A DNA stretch of 64,000 nucleotides from an uncultured Planctomycetota bacterium (GCA_937944855.1 CALFAY010000032.1:10194-74193); one strand, 5' to 3'. Positions 8,001 to 19,454 are shown, numbered from the stretch's first letter. Notes: a model not told the origin generated them from the sequence alone. A program made the numbers and translations.

Positions 8001-8780
8001 TGCATCACGCCTCCGGGAGTAATGTTCGTGCAACTCGGTTCGGGCTTTGCGCAGCTCTTCCCGTTCCTGTTCGACCTCGGCCCGTTGAGCGGCCAGGGAT
8101 TCACTGAGCCGGGCCAGGTCCGTGGCTTGGGCATTCAGGAGTCGTTGGCGTTCCGCCACGGCCTGTTCAGAGCGGGCCAGTTCGTTGCTGGCTCTGGCGA
8201 CGGCCTGTTCGCGTTCCAGCAGTTGCCGGGAACGCAGGGCCAACGCCTCGGCCTGGCGTTCGGCGTCCTGTTCCCAATCGCGCCGGTCCTCCTCGAACTG
8301 CCGTTGGGCTTGCTCCAGTTTCCACAGGCCTTCTTCGAGCAGTTTGCGTTGTTGGGCGAAGCTCGGCGGCAAATCCGGCTCTTCGCTTGGCGGCAGCGAG
8401 TAGAAAAGCTGGACCTCAAAGGTGCCAATCTGGAGGCGGTCCTGCGGTCGCAGGAGCGTTTCCGAGCAAAGATTGCCATTGACCAGGAGTGGCAAGGCGG
8501 CAGCGAGCTTGCGGAGCCGGACCCCGCGCGTTTCCCAACTGAGCACACAAATCAAGGGGGGCAGGTCGGCACCAGGCAAGCGGAGATCGCATCCAGCGAC
8601 GGTGCCAAGCACAACGGCCGGTGCCTGCGTCGCCAAGGTGGCAATAACGTGACGCTCCTGACGTAGTTCGAGGCGGAGGACGAACGCGTCCGTCTCCGGG
8701 TTTGGCGTTGCTTTGCGGAATTGGGCAAGCGGAGCAGACTCGGCCATCCTGGCGCTCCAGGTCGGCGGCGCGTATTCCAT
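5007..8780 (-). CDS. Large FHA-domain / long coiled-coil / C-terminal protein-kinase-like (pseudokinase) protein
   Basis: 1257-aa ORF. The N-terminus is an FHA-like segment (VLGTVAGCDLRLPG...VNGNLCSETLLRPQDRLQIGTFEVQLFY). Roughly 800 aa of E/R/Q/A/L heptad-like sequence follow. The C-terminus is a kinase fold with degenerate catalytic motifs: AVLRCL instead of VAIK, GLHHGRLTLNRFLL instead of HRDLKPxN, and ICGFG instead of DFG. An alternative start is Met12 at 8747. Confidence 0.8.
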   Translation of the reverse strand: MEYAPPTWSARMAESAPLAQFRKATPNPETDAFVLRLELRQERHVIATLATQAPAVVLGTVAGCDLRLPGADLPPLICVLSWETRGVRLRKLAAALPLLVNGNLCSETLLRPQDRLQIGTFEVQLFYSLPPSEEPDLPPSFAQQRKLLEEGLWKLEQAQRQFEEDRRDWEQDAERQAEALALRSRQLLEREQAVARASNELARSEQAVAERQRLLNAQATDLARLSESLAAQRAEVEQEREELRKARTELHEHYSRRRDAVAALRQAVAHAALKVQEEKRKLEADRKSLAAEMEGLREQRQHLQEVQSRLEEEKQTLRRQAALLEQRHRETEQELDQRQKRLEAAESALRSEQDQLRQEQETHRRDLVHLERRQARLAEEQERLEVRARQLDERAEVLRREATELEVQASQVEDWEKRVRAEADELARQRAELDRAMQELSAKAGLLDAEQVVLIGLRSRAERLQSELVAREEQLVRQRLRLDDMESRLKEALRLQAEQESALRAERAAWQAEREQIESRCRTLEEALDRLRQLQATFETEQQARAQLQEQLELHQREVDQKSEQLRKRLLQLHALRIKLKKAKRELLEREAAAEQADQARQALQDQLRKRAESLAERESRLEAREQSIGQVEAELSRRLAEVEQERNLWAEEQQRRQHELDQRAAALAAREAELTTASAATRHDAAEIERIRAALESDKARWDEDRRRQIEELARQRQEMELLRQTLPNLIDEAQATLGRLSRAREQLRGHLSEFYRYTEQALTELENGQRLVAEQADQVRQERAALVRMQEEHRAAVGQFRQSLLEWQEQLNELKSRLARDESALERKQADLEQQARHIDAVSSQLARRAEKLEHQERRVARQRAEINHHLADMQRWYRSKLRELAEHRLLDPVVHRNLEADAQREEEKPTSNVASSDESGRRTEPVLAIHDASRAAETSVEASEDDRRLSDLLLNMALIDTATLEVLLREARHRHRSLRQVLLEGEYLTAYQMELIEGGQLESLVLGPLRVVDRLWLTPLESVYRVFDPRRGQEAVLRCLSPQVEESRREEFRQGFEKAAQVRHPHLAATWEVLEVGDCPAALQEWVIGLPSTDWADLAAPSDVWIDLMIQSVDAIKAAHAAGLHHGRLTLNRFLLTEEGDLRICGFGEPPWLSPETNVRHQEPDDWKALGKAAARWLTLGRSEEGSTSVLAAMQSIVRNLVAPESAVSAEEVLEILRKLRKQVPENAEARRRLRDRVRLGLGEEEAFVPRAVA

Positions 8781-9060
8781 GCGCAGCTACTCGCAGCCCT
8801 TATACCGGCACGCTCTGCGTCGGGGAAGGCGAATAGCAGAGGCATTCCTCGCAAGAGGAAGCACTTTCAACAGGCTTCCGGCTGAATCAGCATCGTCGTG
8901 GAGGTGAATCATTCGCCAATCCCATACGGCAAACGGGTTTCCTTGACGACGCTGGGGACGGATTGGTACTTTGGGATGAATGAACCGTTCCCAGGCAAAT
9001 ACCACGTCTTCGGGATGTCCCGAACGTACACGACTTCGCGGTGGCGAAGGAGTAACCTGT

Positions 9061-10383
9061 ATGCGGATGTGCATGTGTCTGGCCGTGGTGGTCATGGGCT
9101 TGGCCTTTCCGGTTTTATCAGCCCAGGAACAGGAGCAACCGGCGCCCCCCCGCGAGTTCCGCGGCGGGAAACTTGATGCCTCTCCACCCAGCGACAGAGA
9201 CCAGCGCGACTTCTTGAAGATGGTTCGCGGCCAGGAGGACGCACCCAACAACGCGGAACGCCGTAAGGAACTCTTCGAGCGCGTTCTGCGTTACTTGATC
9301 TATCGGTTGACCTGGGAAAACATCCACGACGGCCGGGATCAGGTGACGACGCGGGAAATCATGGAAGGCACTCCCGGAGCTGGCGTGGACGGTATTTTCG
9401 AGGCCTTTCCGCCGCAGAATTACAACCGGCAGACCGACGATCCCGAAGATGCGGCCCGCCGGGAGCGGCAACGTCGGTACATGAACGAGATGCGCGGCTA
9501 CGCCACGCATTATCTCCGGGAAGTCTTGGAAAATCGTCTCCTGATAGCTCGCCTCAACGCCGCTATCGTCCTGCACCGCTTCGCTGTGTACGGGCAGGAG
9601 GAAGTGGCGGACGAATTTCTCTGGATCTTGGAAAACCCCAATGAACACGACGCCATAAAGCACTGGGCAGTCAAGGGCATCGGCGAGCTTTTCTCTCAGA
9701 TCAAGAACCCGAAGGACCCGAAGCATTTCGACCGCTGCGCTTTGGCCGTGTACGCTTGGCTTGAAGCCAAGACCCAGATGCCGCCCACACTGGTGGCTGA
9801 ACTGTCTGAGCCGGAAAAAGACGCCATCCGTTACCTGCGCCGCGAAGCTGCTCGGACGCTGGCGTTGTATCGTCGTCCCGTGATCGTCGAGGATGCCAAG
9901 GCTAATGTGCGCCAAGGTCCGGTAGCGGGATTGTTGGTGCGGATCCTGGTCAATGCCGAAGGCACGGTTTCTCCACCGGCCAGCCTAAGCGAGCGGAAAG
10001 AAGCTGCCGAGGCCCTGTGCAATCTCCAGCACAAGCGGTCGGAGACCTACCAGCCTGATTACGTCGTGTATCAGGTGGCCCGCTTCATTGCCGTGTTAGG
10101 CTCGGAAGCGGATCGTGATCCTGGCCGAAGCAGCCAGCGGTGGAAGGCATTTGCCGCCCAATTGAAGGCAGCGTGGGATAACCTCAGCGATGACCTGAAA
10201 AACTCGCCTCACAGCCAGTATGTCAACCGGTTGAGTGGTCGCGTCAATCCGGTTCTGGAGTATATTTTCGACGAAACCAAAGGTGCCAACGCGGTGCCGG
10301 AACTGAATGAGTTTCTAGCCAATAATCCGCCCAAGAGTAACGACGTGTACGGTCAACCGCCTGCGAAGCAGCCCGGCGGATGA
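9061..10383 (+). CDS. Secreted alpha-helical (HEAT/ARM-like) hypothetical protein
   Basis: Start moved to ATG 9061, preceded by GAAGGAG (MRMCMCLAVVVMGLAFPVLSAQE is signal-peptide-like). The rest is helical repeat-like sequence with no catalytic motif I recognise. Confidence 0.6.
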   Translation: MRMCMCLAVVVMGLAFPVLSAQEQEQPAPPREFRGGKLDASPPSDRDQRDFLKMVRGQEDAPNNAERRKELFERVLRYLIYRLTWENIHDGRDQVTTREIMEGTPGAGVDGIFEAFPPQNYNRQTDDPEDAARRERQRRYMNEMRGYATHYLREVLENRLLIARLNAAIVLHRFAVYGQEEVADEFLWILENPNEHDAIKHWAVKGIGELFSQIKNPKDPKHFDRCALAVYAWLEAKTQMPPTLVAELSEPEKDAIRYLRREAARTLALYRRPVIVEDAKANVRQGPVAGLLVRILVNAEGTVSPPASLSERKEAAEALCNLQHKRSETYQPDYVVYQVARFIAVLGSEADRDPGRSSQRWKAFAAQLKAAWDNLSDDLKNSPHSQYVNRLSGRVNPVLEYIFDETKGANAVPELNEFLANNPPKSNDVYGQPPAKQPGG

Positions 10384-10428
10384 GCTACCCGTCGTCGAAT
10401 CGCACCTGGTCCAAAGTCAGCAAACAAA

Positions 10429-10459
10429 GCCGCGGGGCCGGGACAGGCTCCGCGGTTTG
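10429..10459 (+). terminator. Rho-independent terminator candidate
   Basis: GCCGCGGGGCC (10429-10439), loop GGGACA, GGCTCCGCGGT (10446-10456) form an 11-bp stem including two G-U pairs. TTTG follows, 45 nt after the stop at 10383. Confidence 0.45.
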
Positions 10460-10491
10460 CCTGCGCGGCAACGTCGGTTTCGAGAGCGAAC

Positions 10492-11247
10492 ATGCAGATC
10501 AGGCACATCCTTGAACAAGTCGCGGAAGGTCGCCTCACCGTGGCGGAGGCGGAACGTTTGCTCAAGCCGGAGCCTCTGGCTGACCTCGGTTTCGCTCAAG
10601 TGGACCTGCACCGCCGGCAACGCTGCGGTTTTCCGGAAGTGATCTTTTGCGAGGGCAAGACGCCCGAGCAGGTCGAGAGCGTGGTTCGGGAACTGCTTCG
10701 GGCCGGACAGGATTGCTTCGCGACCCGGGTCAACGAAGCCCAGGCGAACCATCTGTGTTTCCATTTTCCCCACGCTGAACAGGATCGCACGGGGCGAACA
10801 TTTTGGCTGCCTGTTTCCAAGGAGAGGCCCAATCCGCGGGGAAACGTGGCCGTGGTCACGGCGGGGACGGCCGATCTGCCAGTGGCTCACGAAGCCGCCA
10901 ACACTGCCAAGGCGATGGGCTGTCACGTTTCGCTGCTGGCCGACGTCGGTGTGGCCGGCATCCATCGCATCCTGCGTCATGCCGCAGAACTCCGCCAAGC
11001 CGATGTCATCGTAGTGCTGGCCGGGATGGAAGGAGCTTTGCCCGGCGTCGTCGGCGGGCTGGTGGATGTGCCGGTCATCGCAGTTCCAACAAGCGTCGGA
11101 TATGGCGCATCGTTTCACGGTCTGGCAGCGCTGTTGGGCATGCTCAACAGTTGTGCGGCCAACGTCGCGGTGGTGAACATCGACGCCGGGTTCAAGGCCG
11201 GCTACCTCGCGGCGTTGATTGCTCGTCGCGTCCACGCCTCGGCTTGA
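10492..11247 (+). CDS. larB: LarB-type nickel-pincer cofactor biosynthesis protein (PurE/AIR-carboxylase-like)
   Basis: 251 aa. It has the LarB-type N-terminal extension, then NVAVVTAGTADLPVAHEAANTAKAMG and VLAGMEGALPGVVGGLVDVPVIAVPTSVGYGA. Confidence 0.8.
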   Translation: MQIRHILEQVAEGRLTVAEAERLLKPEPLADLGFAQVDLHRRQRCGFPEVIFCEGKTPEQVESVVRELLRAGQDCFATRVNEAQANHLCFHFPHAEQDRTGRTFWLPVSKERPNPRGNVAVVTAGTADLPVAHEAANTAKAMGCHVSLLADVGVAGIHRILRHAAELRQADVIVVLAGMEGALPGVVGGLVDVPVIAVPTSVGYGASFHGLAALLGMLNSCAANVAVVNIDAGFKAGYLAALIARRVHASA

Positions 11248-11272
11248 GGTCGCCTCCAGGAACGAGCTTCTC

Positions 11273-12181
11273 ATGACGACCCGCGTCACAACCCTCCCCA
11301 ATCTCCCGGCACGCCCCGTGGACAGTCACAAGGGCAGTTTTGGCCGGGTGCTGGTCGTCGCCGGTTCCCGCGGCATGAGCGGAGCGGCGGTGCTGGCCGG
11401 ATCAGCTGCGCTGCGAGGAGGGGCCGGCCTGGTCGAGGTCGCGTCGCCGGCGGAAGTGCAACCCATTATCGCATCCAGCAATCCCTGTTACCTGACGACG
11501 GGACTTCCCCAGGATGGCCTCGGCCGCATCAGTCCAGATGCCATTTCCGCTATCGTGGAAAGGGCCAGCCTTGCTGACGTTGTTGCTCTCGGTCCCGGTT
11601 TGGGACTCAGCGAAGGGGTACGAGAAGTGGTCCGGTTTGCGGTGAGCGAAATCGCCAAGCCGGTCGTGCTCGACGCCGATGGACTCAATGCCCTGGCGCT
11701 GTTGACTCCGCGACCGGTCAGACCGCCCAACGCTCCCCTGGTCCTGACGCCTCATCCGGGCGAGTTCAGCCGTCTGACCGGAAAGTCAGTAGCGGAGGTC
11801 CAGGCCGACCGCGAACAACTGGCCGCTGCGTTCCCCCCGGCACCGCATGTCGTCCTGGTCCTCAAAGGCCGGGGCACCCTCGTGACCGACGGAGAAAAAA
11901 TCTATGTCAACGAGACGGGCAATCCGGGCATGGCCACGGGAGGCACCGGCGACGTGCTGACTGGATTCATCGCGGCGTTGCTGGCGCAGGGATTCTCCCC
12001 TTTCCCGGCGGCTCAGCTGGGGGTCTATCTCCACGGTCTGGCCGGTGACATAGCCCGGGACCACAAGGGCGAGTATGCCTTGATCGCTACCGATGTGCTC
12101 GATCATCTTCCCTCGGCGTTTCTGCACTATGCACGGAAGTGCCAACCTTCGTTCGGCTTCCGGGTGCAGCCCGACCCCTGA
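11273..12181 (+). CDS. nnrD: ADP/ATP-dependent (S)-NAD(P)H-hydrate dehydratase (YjeF C-terminal domain)
   Basis: From ATG 11273: [25 protein letters not shown], and [25 protein letters not shown]. Confidence 0.85.
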   Translation: MTTRVTTLPNLPARPVDSHKGSFGRVLVVAGSRGMSGAAVLAGSAALRGGAGLVEVASPAEVQPIIASSNPCYLTTGLPQDGLGRISPDAISAIVERASLADVVALGPGLGLSEGVREVVRFAVSEIAKPVVLDADGLNALALLTPRPVRPPNAPLVLTPHPGEFSRLTGKSVAEVQADREQLAAAFPPAPHVVLVLKGRGTLVTDGEKIYVNETGNPGMATGGTGDVLTGFIAALLAQGFSPFPAAQLGVYLHGLAGDIARDHKGEYALIATDVLDHLPSAFLHYARKCQPSFGFRVQPDP

Positions 12182-12302
12182 AGCGGCTCGAGGGGCTTGT
12201 TCGACGGTCCAAACTCAGCTTGGGCGATACAATAAAAGGACAGATCGAACCAGCTGGTCCGCTCGGAGGAAGTTGGTTCGATTTACCATACCTGGGGCAG
12301 GC

Positions 12303-13085
12303 ATGAGCAGCGATAGTGAGCCGTTCAAACCACCCATGATCCCGTCATTTCAACGGGTCGTGTTGAAGCTGAGCGGGGAGAGTTTCGGCACTCCGGGCAA
12401 GGGCGGGATCAGCATCGACGAGACGCTCAGCATCGCCCGGCAGGCCAAGCGGGTGGTCGAGAGCGGCGTGCAGTTGGCCATTGTCGTCGGTGGCGGAAAC
12501 ATCCTGCGCGGCTCTCAGTTCAGCGCAGGCGGGGAGATCATCAAGGAAGCGACCGCTCATTACATGGGCATGCTGGCGACAGTGCTAAATGGCCTGGCCT
12601 TGCAGGATTCCCTGGAGAGCCTGGGCTGCGAAACTCGTCTGCAAAGCGCCATCCGCATGGATACGGTGGCCGAGCCTTACATCCGTCGCCGCTGCATTCG
12701 GCACCTCGAGCGTGGCCGCATCGTCATCCTGGCAGGCGGCACGGGCAACCCGTTCGTGACCACCGACACGGCTGCCGCTCTGCGGGCCCGCGAAGTCCAG
12801 GCTGACATTCTCCTCAAAGCAACCAAAGTGGACGGCGTCTACAGCGACGACCCGGAGAAGAATCCGCACGCCATCCGCTACGAACGGCTCAGCTACAGCC
12901 AGGTGCTTCGCGACAATCTGCAAGTAATGGATATGTCGGCGATCACGATGTGCATGGAAGCCAAACTGCCGATCCTCGTATTCAATTTCAAACGGGAAGG
13001 TAACATTGAACGGGCCATTGCCGGGCAGATGATCGGCACGCTCGTCGGCGATCTGGAGGTGCGGCGGGACAAGACCAGGGCGTGA
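12303..13085 (+). CDS. pyrH: UMP kinase
   Basis: From ATG 12303: [55 protein letters not shown]. Confidence 0.9.
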   Translation: MSSDSEPFKPPMIPSFQRVVLKLSGESFGTPGKGGISIDETLSIARQAKRVVESGVQLAIVVGGGNILRGSQFSAGGEIIKEATAHYMGMLATVLNGLALQDSLESLGCETRLQSAIRMDTVAEPYIRRRCIRHLERGRIVILAGGTGNPFVTTDTAAALRAREVQADILLKATKVDGVYSDDPEKNPHAIRYERLSYSQVLRDNLQVMDMSAITMCMEAKLPILVFNFKREGNIERAIAGQMIGTLVGDLEVRRDKTRA

Positions 13086-13141
13086 TCCGACCTGCCGGCG
13101 TCTGCGGATGCCGCAGCAAATTCAAGGAGTTGAAGGCAGCC

Positions 13142-15444
<2,303 letters not shown>

Positions 15445-15470
15445 CAGGTTTGCGATCTTGCGACGAGGCC

Positions 15471-15830
15471 ATGAGCGACGAAAAGAAGATCATTGTGGAT
15501 GAAGATTGGAAGGAAGAAGCCCAACGGGAAAAGGAACGCCTGGCAGAGGAGATCGAAAAAGAGCGCAAGCTCAAGACACAACCGCCAGTACCAGCCAGTT
15601 TCGGGGTGCTGGTGTCCAGCCTGGCGACGCAGGCCTCGATCTGTCTGGGTGACATCCCGCATCCGCTCACGGGCAAGACCGAGGTCAACCTGGGCGAGGC
15701 ACGATTCCACATCGACCTGCTCGAAGTCCTGCAAGAAAAAACGAAAGGCAATCTGACCCCGGAAGAAGCCAAGGCCCTGGAGGCCATCCTCTTCGATCTC
15801 CGCATGCGATTCGTGGAAAAGGTCCGCTGA
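15471..15830 (+). CDS. DUF1844-like small acidic protein
   Basis: From ATG 15471: MSDEKKIIVDEDWKEEAQREKERL...LGDIPHPLTGKTEVNLGEARFHIDLLEVLQEKTKGNL. The family assignment is from memory. Confidence 0.6.
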   Translation: MSDEKKIIVDEDWKEEAQREKERLAEEIEKERKLKTQPPVPASFGVLVSSLATQASICLGDIPHPLTGKTEVNLGEARFHIDLLEVLQEKTKGNLTPEEAKALEAILFDLRMRFVEKVR

Positions 15831-15860
15831 CAGCCACGCAGGCCAAACTGAGGTAGCCCG

Positions 15861-17879
15861 ATGCGACGTCGATCCGCAGTGCCGGCCAAGCGGTCCACGC
15901 CGTCGCTTCGGAGCGAAGCCCCGGCCAAGCCCGCCGGCCGATCCGCCTACCGCTTGGCCGAGCCGCTTGTCTGCCTGGGTCTGCTGTTTTTGGCCTTCGT
16001 TGCTTTCGGCGAACTTCTCAGCCCGGAATTTACGTTCTTCAACATCGACGACGACGAATACATCACGGCGAATTCCTACGTCCGGACGGGCTTGACAGGG
16101 ACGAACTTCGCCTGGGCGGTGTCTGCCTTCCATTCCAACAATTGGCATCCGCTCACCTGGCTGTCGCTGCAACTGGACGTGACCCTGTTCGGGATACTGC
16201 CGGCTGGCTTTCGGTTCACGAACATTGTCTTGCATGCGACGACGGCCATTCTATTGTTCCTCTTTCTGCGTTGGACGACGGACAATCTCTGGCCCAGTGC
16301 TTTGGTCGCGGGACTATTTCTCGTACACCCGTTGCGGGTCGAGTCGGTGGCATGGATTGCTGAGCGTAAAGACGTTCTGGCTGGTTTATTCTGGATGCTG
16401 ACGTTGTTGGCCTACGCTCGCTACGTTCGCAAGCCTGCTACCTGGTCTTTTCTGCTCGTCATCGTCACCTTCGTTCTGGGTCTGTCCGCCAAGCAAATGC
16501 TCGTGACGCTGCCGGTGGTGCTGGTGTTTCTGGACTGGTGGCCGTTTGGCCGCCTGAGCACCGCTTCCTGGAGGCGTCTGGCCTCGGAAAAGGTGCCGCT
16601 GGTGGCTCTGGCCCTCGGAGCCGGCGTGCTGACGCTGCTTGCCCAAACTCGCGTCGAGCACACGCTGGAAACTCTTTCTCTGCGTGCCCGGATCCTCAAT
16701 GCCCTGGTCGCTTACTGGCGATACATCGGCAAGAGCCTTTGGCCGACCGATCTGTGCTTTCTTTATCTGCATCCGGGCGACCAGACGACCTGGTTGGCGG
16801 GGCTGGGCGCAGGGATTGGTTTGCTCGCTGTCACCGGGTTCGTCCTGTCCGGCTGGGCGAGGCAAAGACCGTATTTGGCTGTCGGCTGGCTTTGGTTCGT
16901 TATCCCGCTGTTGCCTGTCATCGGCCTGATCCAAGTCGGCAATCAAGCGATGGCGGATCGGTACTCGTACATCCCGCAAATCGGCTTATGGATCATGCTT
17001 GGATGGGCGATTGCCGACGGATTGAAACAGGCGGGAACGGACGTGCTCCGCTATCTGGTGGGCGGAGCCGCTGCGGTCGCTATCGGGATTCTGACCGTGC
17101 TGACCTGGCTTCAAGTGACCACTTGGCGAAACCCGTTCACGGTCTGGTCCCGCGTCGCCGAGGTCGAGCCGTCCAATTATCTCGCACACAACAATCTCGG
17201 ACAGCTTTTCGCCGATGCCGGGCAGTTCACCGAGGCCGAACAGCACCTCCTCCGAGCGATCGGTGCCCATCCAGGCTTCGTGGTTGGTTACTGGAACTTG
17301 GGCACGGTGCGTCAACGGAAACAGGAGTGGAAAGGAGCGGCTGAAGCATTCGAGCAGGGACTCAGATTGCAACCCGATCATTTCGAAATGCGTCGGCTTC
17401 TTGCCCGCGCCTACCTCATCGAACGGCGATACGCAGAAGCGGAAAAAGTATTGCGTGGACTTTTGGAGACGCATCCGGAAGACATCAACGCAGGTTTTTA
17501 CCTTGCTTACGTTCTGGCACGACAAGGGCGGAACAACGAAGCCAATCAGCTTTTCCGTCAGCGTTTGAAACTCGCTCCGGATTGGCCTGCCGCCATGGCG
17601 CAGGGAGCCTGGTTGCTGGCTACTCACCCTGACGAGTCCCGCCGAAATGGCAGTCTCGCAGTTTTCCAGGCTGAAGCTGCACTCCATGCCTTGCAGGCCG
17701 ACGGTCGGCCTCCCGATGCCGATGTGCTGGAAGCCCTCGCTGCGGCCACCGCTGCCTGCGGGGATTTCGATGCTGCTGTGAAGTATCAGTCCGAAGCGCT
17801 TCGCCTTCCAGATCTAAGCCCTGAACGTAAGGCTGAGATGGAAAAGCGGTTGCGAATGTACAGCCAAAAACGTCTCTGA
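15861..17879 (+). CDS. Polytopic membrane GT-C-like (PMT/TMTC-like) glycosyltransferase with C-terminal TPR repeats
   Basis: 672 aa. The N-terminal ~400 aa contain many hydrophobic helices, with FFNIDDDEYI and FHSNNWHPLTWLS motifs as in TMTC/PMT-like enzymes. The C-terminus carries TPR repeats (NNLGQLFADAGQFTEAEQHLLRAI...). Confidence 0.7.
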   Translation: MRRRSAVPAKRSTPSLRSEAPAKPAGRSAYRLAEPLVCLGLLFLAFVAFGELLSPEFTFFNIDDDEYITANSYVRTGLTGTNFAWAVSAFHSNNWHPLTWLSLQLDVTLFGILPAGFRFTNIVLHATTAILLFLFLRWTTDNLWPSALVAGLFLVHPLRVESVAWIAERKDVLAGLFWMLTLLAYARYVRKPATWSFLLVIVTFVLGLSAKQMLVTLPVVLVFLDWWPFGRLSTASWRRLASEKVPLVALALGAGVLTLLAQTRVEHTLETLSLRARILNALVAYWRYIGKSLWPTDLCFLYLHPGDQTTWLAGLGAGIGLLAVTGFVLSGWARQRPYLAVGWLWFVIPLLPVIGLIQVGNQAMADRYSYIPQIGLWIMLGWAIADGLKQAGTDVLRYLVGGAAAVAIGILTVLTWLQVTTWRNPFTVWSRVAEVEPSNYLAHNNLGQLFADAGQFTEAEQHLLRAIGAHPGFVVGYWNLGTVRQRKQEWKGAAEAFEQGLRLQPDHFEMRRLLARAYLIERRYAEAEKVLRGLLETHPEDINAGFYLAYVLARQGRNNEANQLFRQRLKLAPDWPAAMAQGAWLLATHPDESRRNGSLAVFQAEAALHALQADGRPPDADVLEALAAATAACGDFDAAVKYQSEALRLPDLSPERKAEMEKRLRMYSQKRL

Positions 17880-18022
17880 CTCCCACCCAAGATATACAAA
17901 CGAACCGTATCCCATTTAACCTCAGATCATTGACAAGCGTAATTAGCTTGCCTCAGCAATGATATTAGGTTAACCTAACACTATCTGTTTCCGTACAGTT
18001 CATCGCTTTGGAGGTTCAGCGG

Positions 18023-18973
18023 ATGATAACCAGGCGCGCTTTTTCGCTGTTGGAATTGCTTGTGGCCGTCGCGGTCGTTGGCGTTCTCATGGCAATCCTC
18101 TTGCCCGCCGTGCAGAAGGTGCGGGAGGCCGCGAACAAGATGACCTGCGCCAACAACCTGCGCCAGATGGGACTGGCCCTGCACAGCTATCACGGCGACT
18201 ACGGTAGGTTCCCGCCGGGTTACGAGGGCGATTGGACCCATCCCCACCGCGATCCGCTGACCTGGGACGGCCCAAACGGCTGGGCCTGGGGCGCACACCT
18301 GCTTCGCTATTTGGAACAGGACGCGCTTGCCAACCAGTTGCAATGGCATCTGCCGTGCTGGAGTCCAGGCAACGCTGCCCCAGTAACGACATTTGTCAAG
18401 GTGTTCGTGTGCCCGTCGGCTCCGGACGTCCCTCGAACGGTTGCGATTCGGGATGCTTCGGGAAACCTTCTGGCGACCTTCGGACCATCGATCTACGTCG
18501 CCAACGTCGGCCACGAAGAACCGTGGTCGCGAGCCATCGGCGACTGGACGCCGTTTGCCAATGGTCCGCTCTACCGCAACTCTCGTATCCGCATGGCCGA
18601 TGTTCGGGATGGCCTGAGCACGACGGTATTTCTTGGTGAGCATGCGGTCATCAGCGACAAAACCTGGGTGGGAGTGGTGCCGGGAGCGATTGTTGGTCCA
18701 CGCGAGCCGGGGCGGTTTCCGCTCAGCCAGCCCGACGCCGCCGCAACGCTGGTGCTGGCCCACAGCGGTCCGTCCAGCAGCGAGCTGGACATCATCCACC
18801 CACCGAATGCTCCGACTTGCCATGTCTGCCAGATGTACGCTGCCCATCCATCGGGTGCCAACGTACTTCTGGGTGATGGCAGCGTCCGCTTCATTTTGGA
18901 GTTCATCAATCATGACGTCTGGGCGGCGCTTTGCAGCCGCAACGGTCTGGAGGCCCTGTCTGATGATTTTTGA
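18023..18973 (+). CDS. DUF1559 protein with a prepilin-type N-terminal cleavage/methylation motif (planctomycete H-X9-DG family)
   Basis: GGAGG at 18011-18015, then ATG at 18023. MITRRAFSLLELLVAVAVVGVLMAILLPAVQKVREAANKMTCANNLRQMGLALHSY, and the C-terminal HPSGANVLLGDGSVRF motif. Confidence 0.85.
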   Translation: MITRRAFSLLELLVAVAVVGVLMAILLPAVQKVREAANKMTCANNLRQMGLALHSYHGDYGRFPPGYEGDWTHPHRDPLTWDGPNGWAWGAHLLRYLEQDALANQLQWHLPCWSPGNAAPVTTFVKVFVCPSAPDVPRTVAIRDASGNLLATFGPSIYVANVGHEEPWSRAIGDWTPFANGPLYRNSRIRMADVRDGLSTTVFLGEHAVISDKTWVGVVPGAIVGPREPGRFPLSQPDAAATLVLAHSGPSSSELDIIHPPNAPTCHVCQMYAAHPSGANVLLGDGSVRFILEFINHDVWAALCSRNGLEALSDDF

Positions 18974-18998
18974 CAACGCCTGGCTCCGCCGAGGGCCA

Positions 18999-19292
18999 AT
19001 GATTTCGGTTCTGCTGACCTGTCTGCTGGCGTGGGGCTGTGGTCCCAGCTACCCCAAGATCCATTCCCGAGAAAGCCTGGAGATACTGCTGGCCCTGCGG
19101 ACGGCATGCTCGACGCAGAACCTGGAGCGCTTGCGGAAGGTCGAAAAAGCCCTCGACCAGGCCCGCAAGGAAGGCAAGTTGTCTCAAGAGGAAGCCGACA
19201 CCTTGAGTCGCATCGTCGAGTTGGCCCGCGAAGGTCACTGGCAGCAAGCCGAACAGGCCTGTCGAGCTTTTCAGAAAGCCCAGGTGCGATAA
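18999..19292 (+). CDS. Small helical lipoprotein candidate
   Basis: From ATG 18999: MISVLLTCLLAWGCGPS is a lipobox-like signal. A 97-aa helical protein follows, directly downstream of the DUF1559 gene. Confidence 0.45.
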   Translation: MISVLLTCLLAWGCGPSYPKIHSRESLEILLALRTACSTQNLERLRKVEKALDQARKEGKLSQEEADTLSRIVELAREGHWQQAEQACRAFQKAQVR

Positions 19293-19351
19293 GCGGTGCC
19301 GTTCGGTCACAGCTTAAGTCGAGTTCTCTGGGGAAAATGCCAGGTGCCCCG

Positions 19352-19381
19352 TTGACACCCTGGCCATGTGCCGATTAGATA
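19352..19381 (+). promoter_or_regulatory. Sigma70-like promoter candidate upstream of the aquaporin gene
   Basis: TTGACA at 19352-19357, then TTAGAT/TAGATA 17-18 nt downstream. The ATG lies about 75 nt further on. Confidence 0.3.
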
Positions 19382-19454
19382 CCCTCCTGTTGTCGAAGCT
19401 GTCGCACGAGTCCGCCCGGGAAGGACAGGCCCCGGGATCCTTGGAGAGCCGACG

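Noticed and set aside
7059-8666. 535-aa and 292-aa plus-strand ORFs (7059-8666 and 6165-7043) antisense to the coiled-coil gene.
   Set aside because: They are leucine/glutamine/phenylalanine-rich mirror images of the E/R/Q/L coiled-coil codons, have no recognisable motifs, and lie entirely within the much longer, domain-bearing minus-strand ORF.
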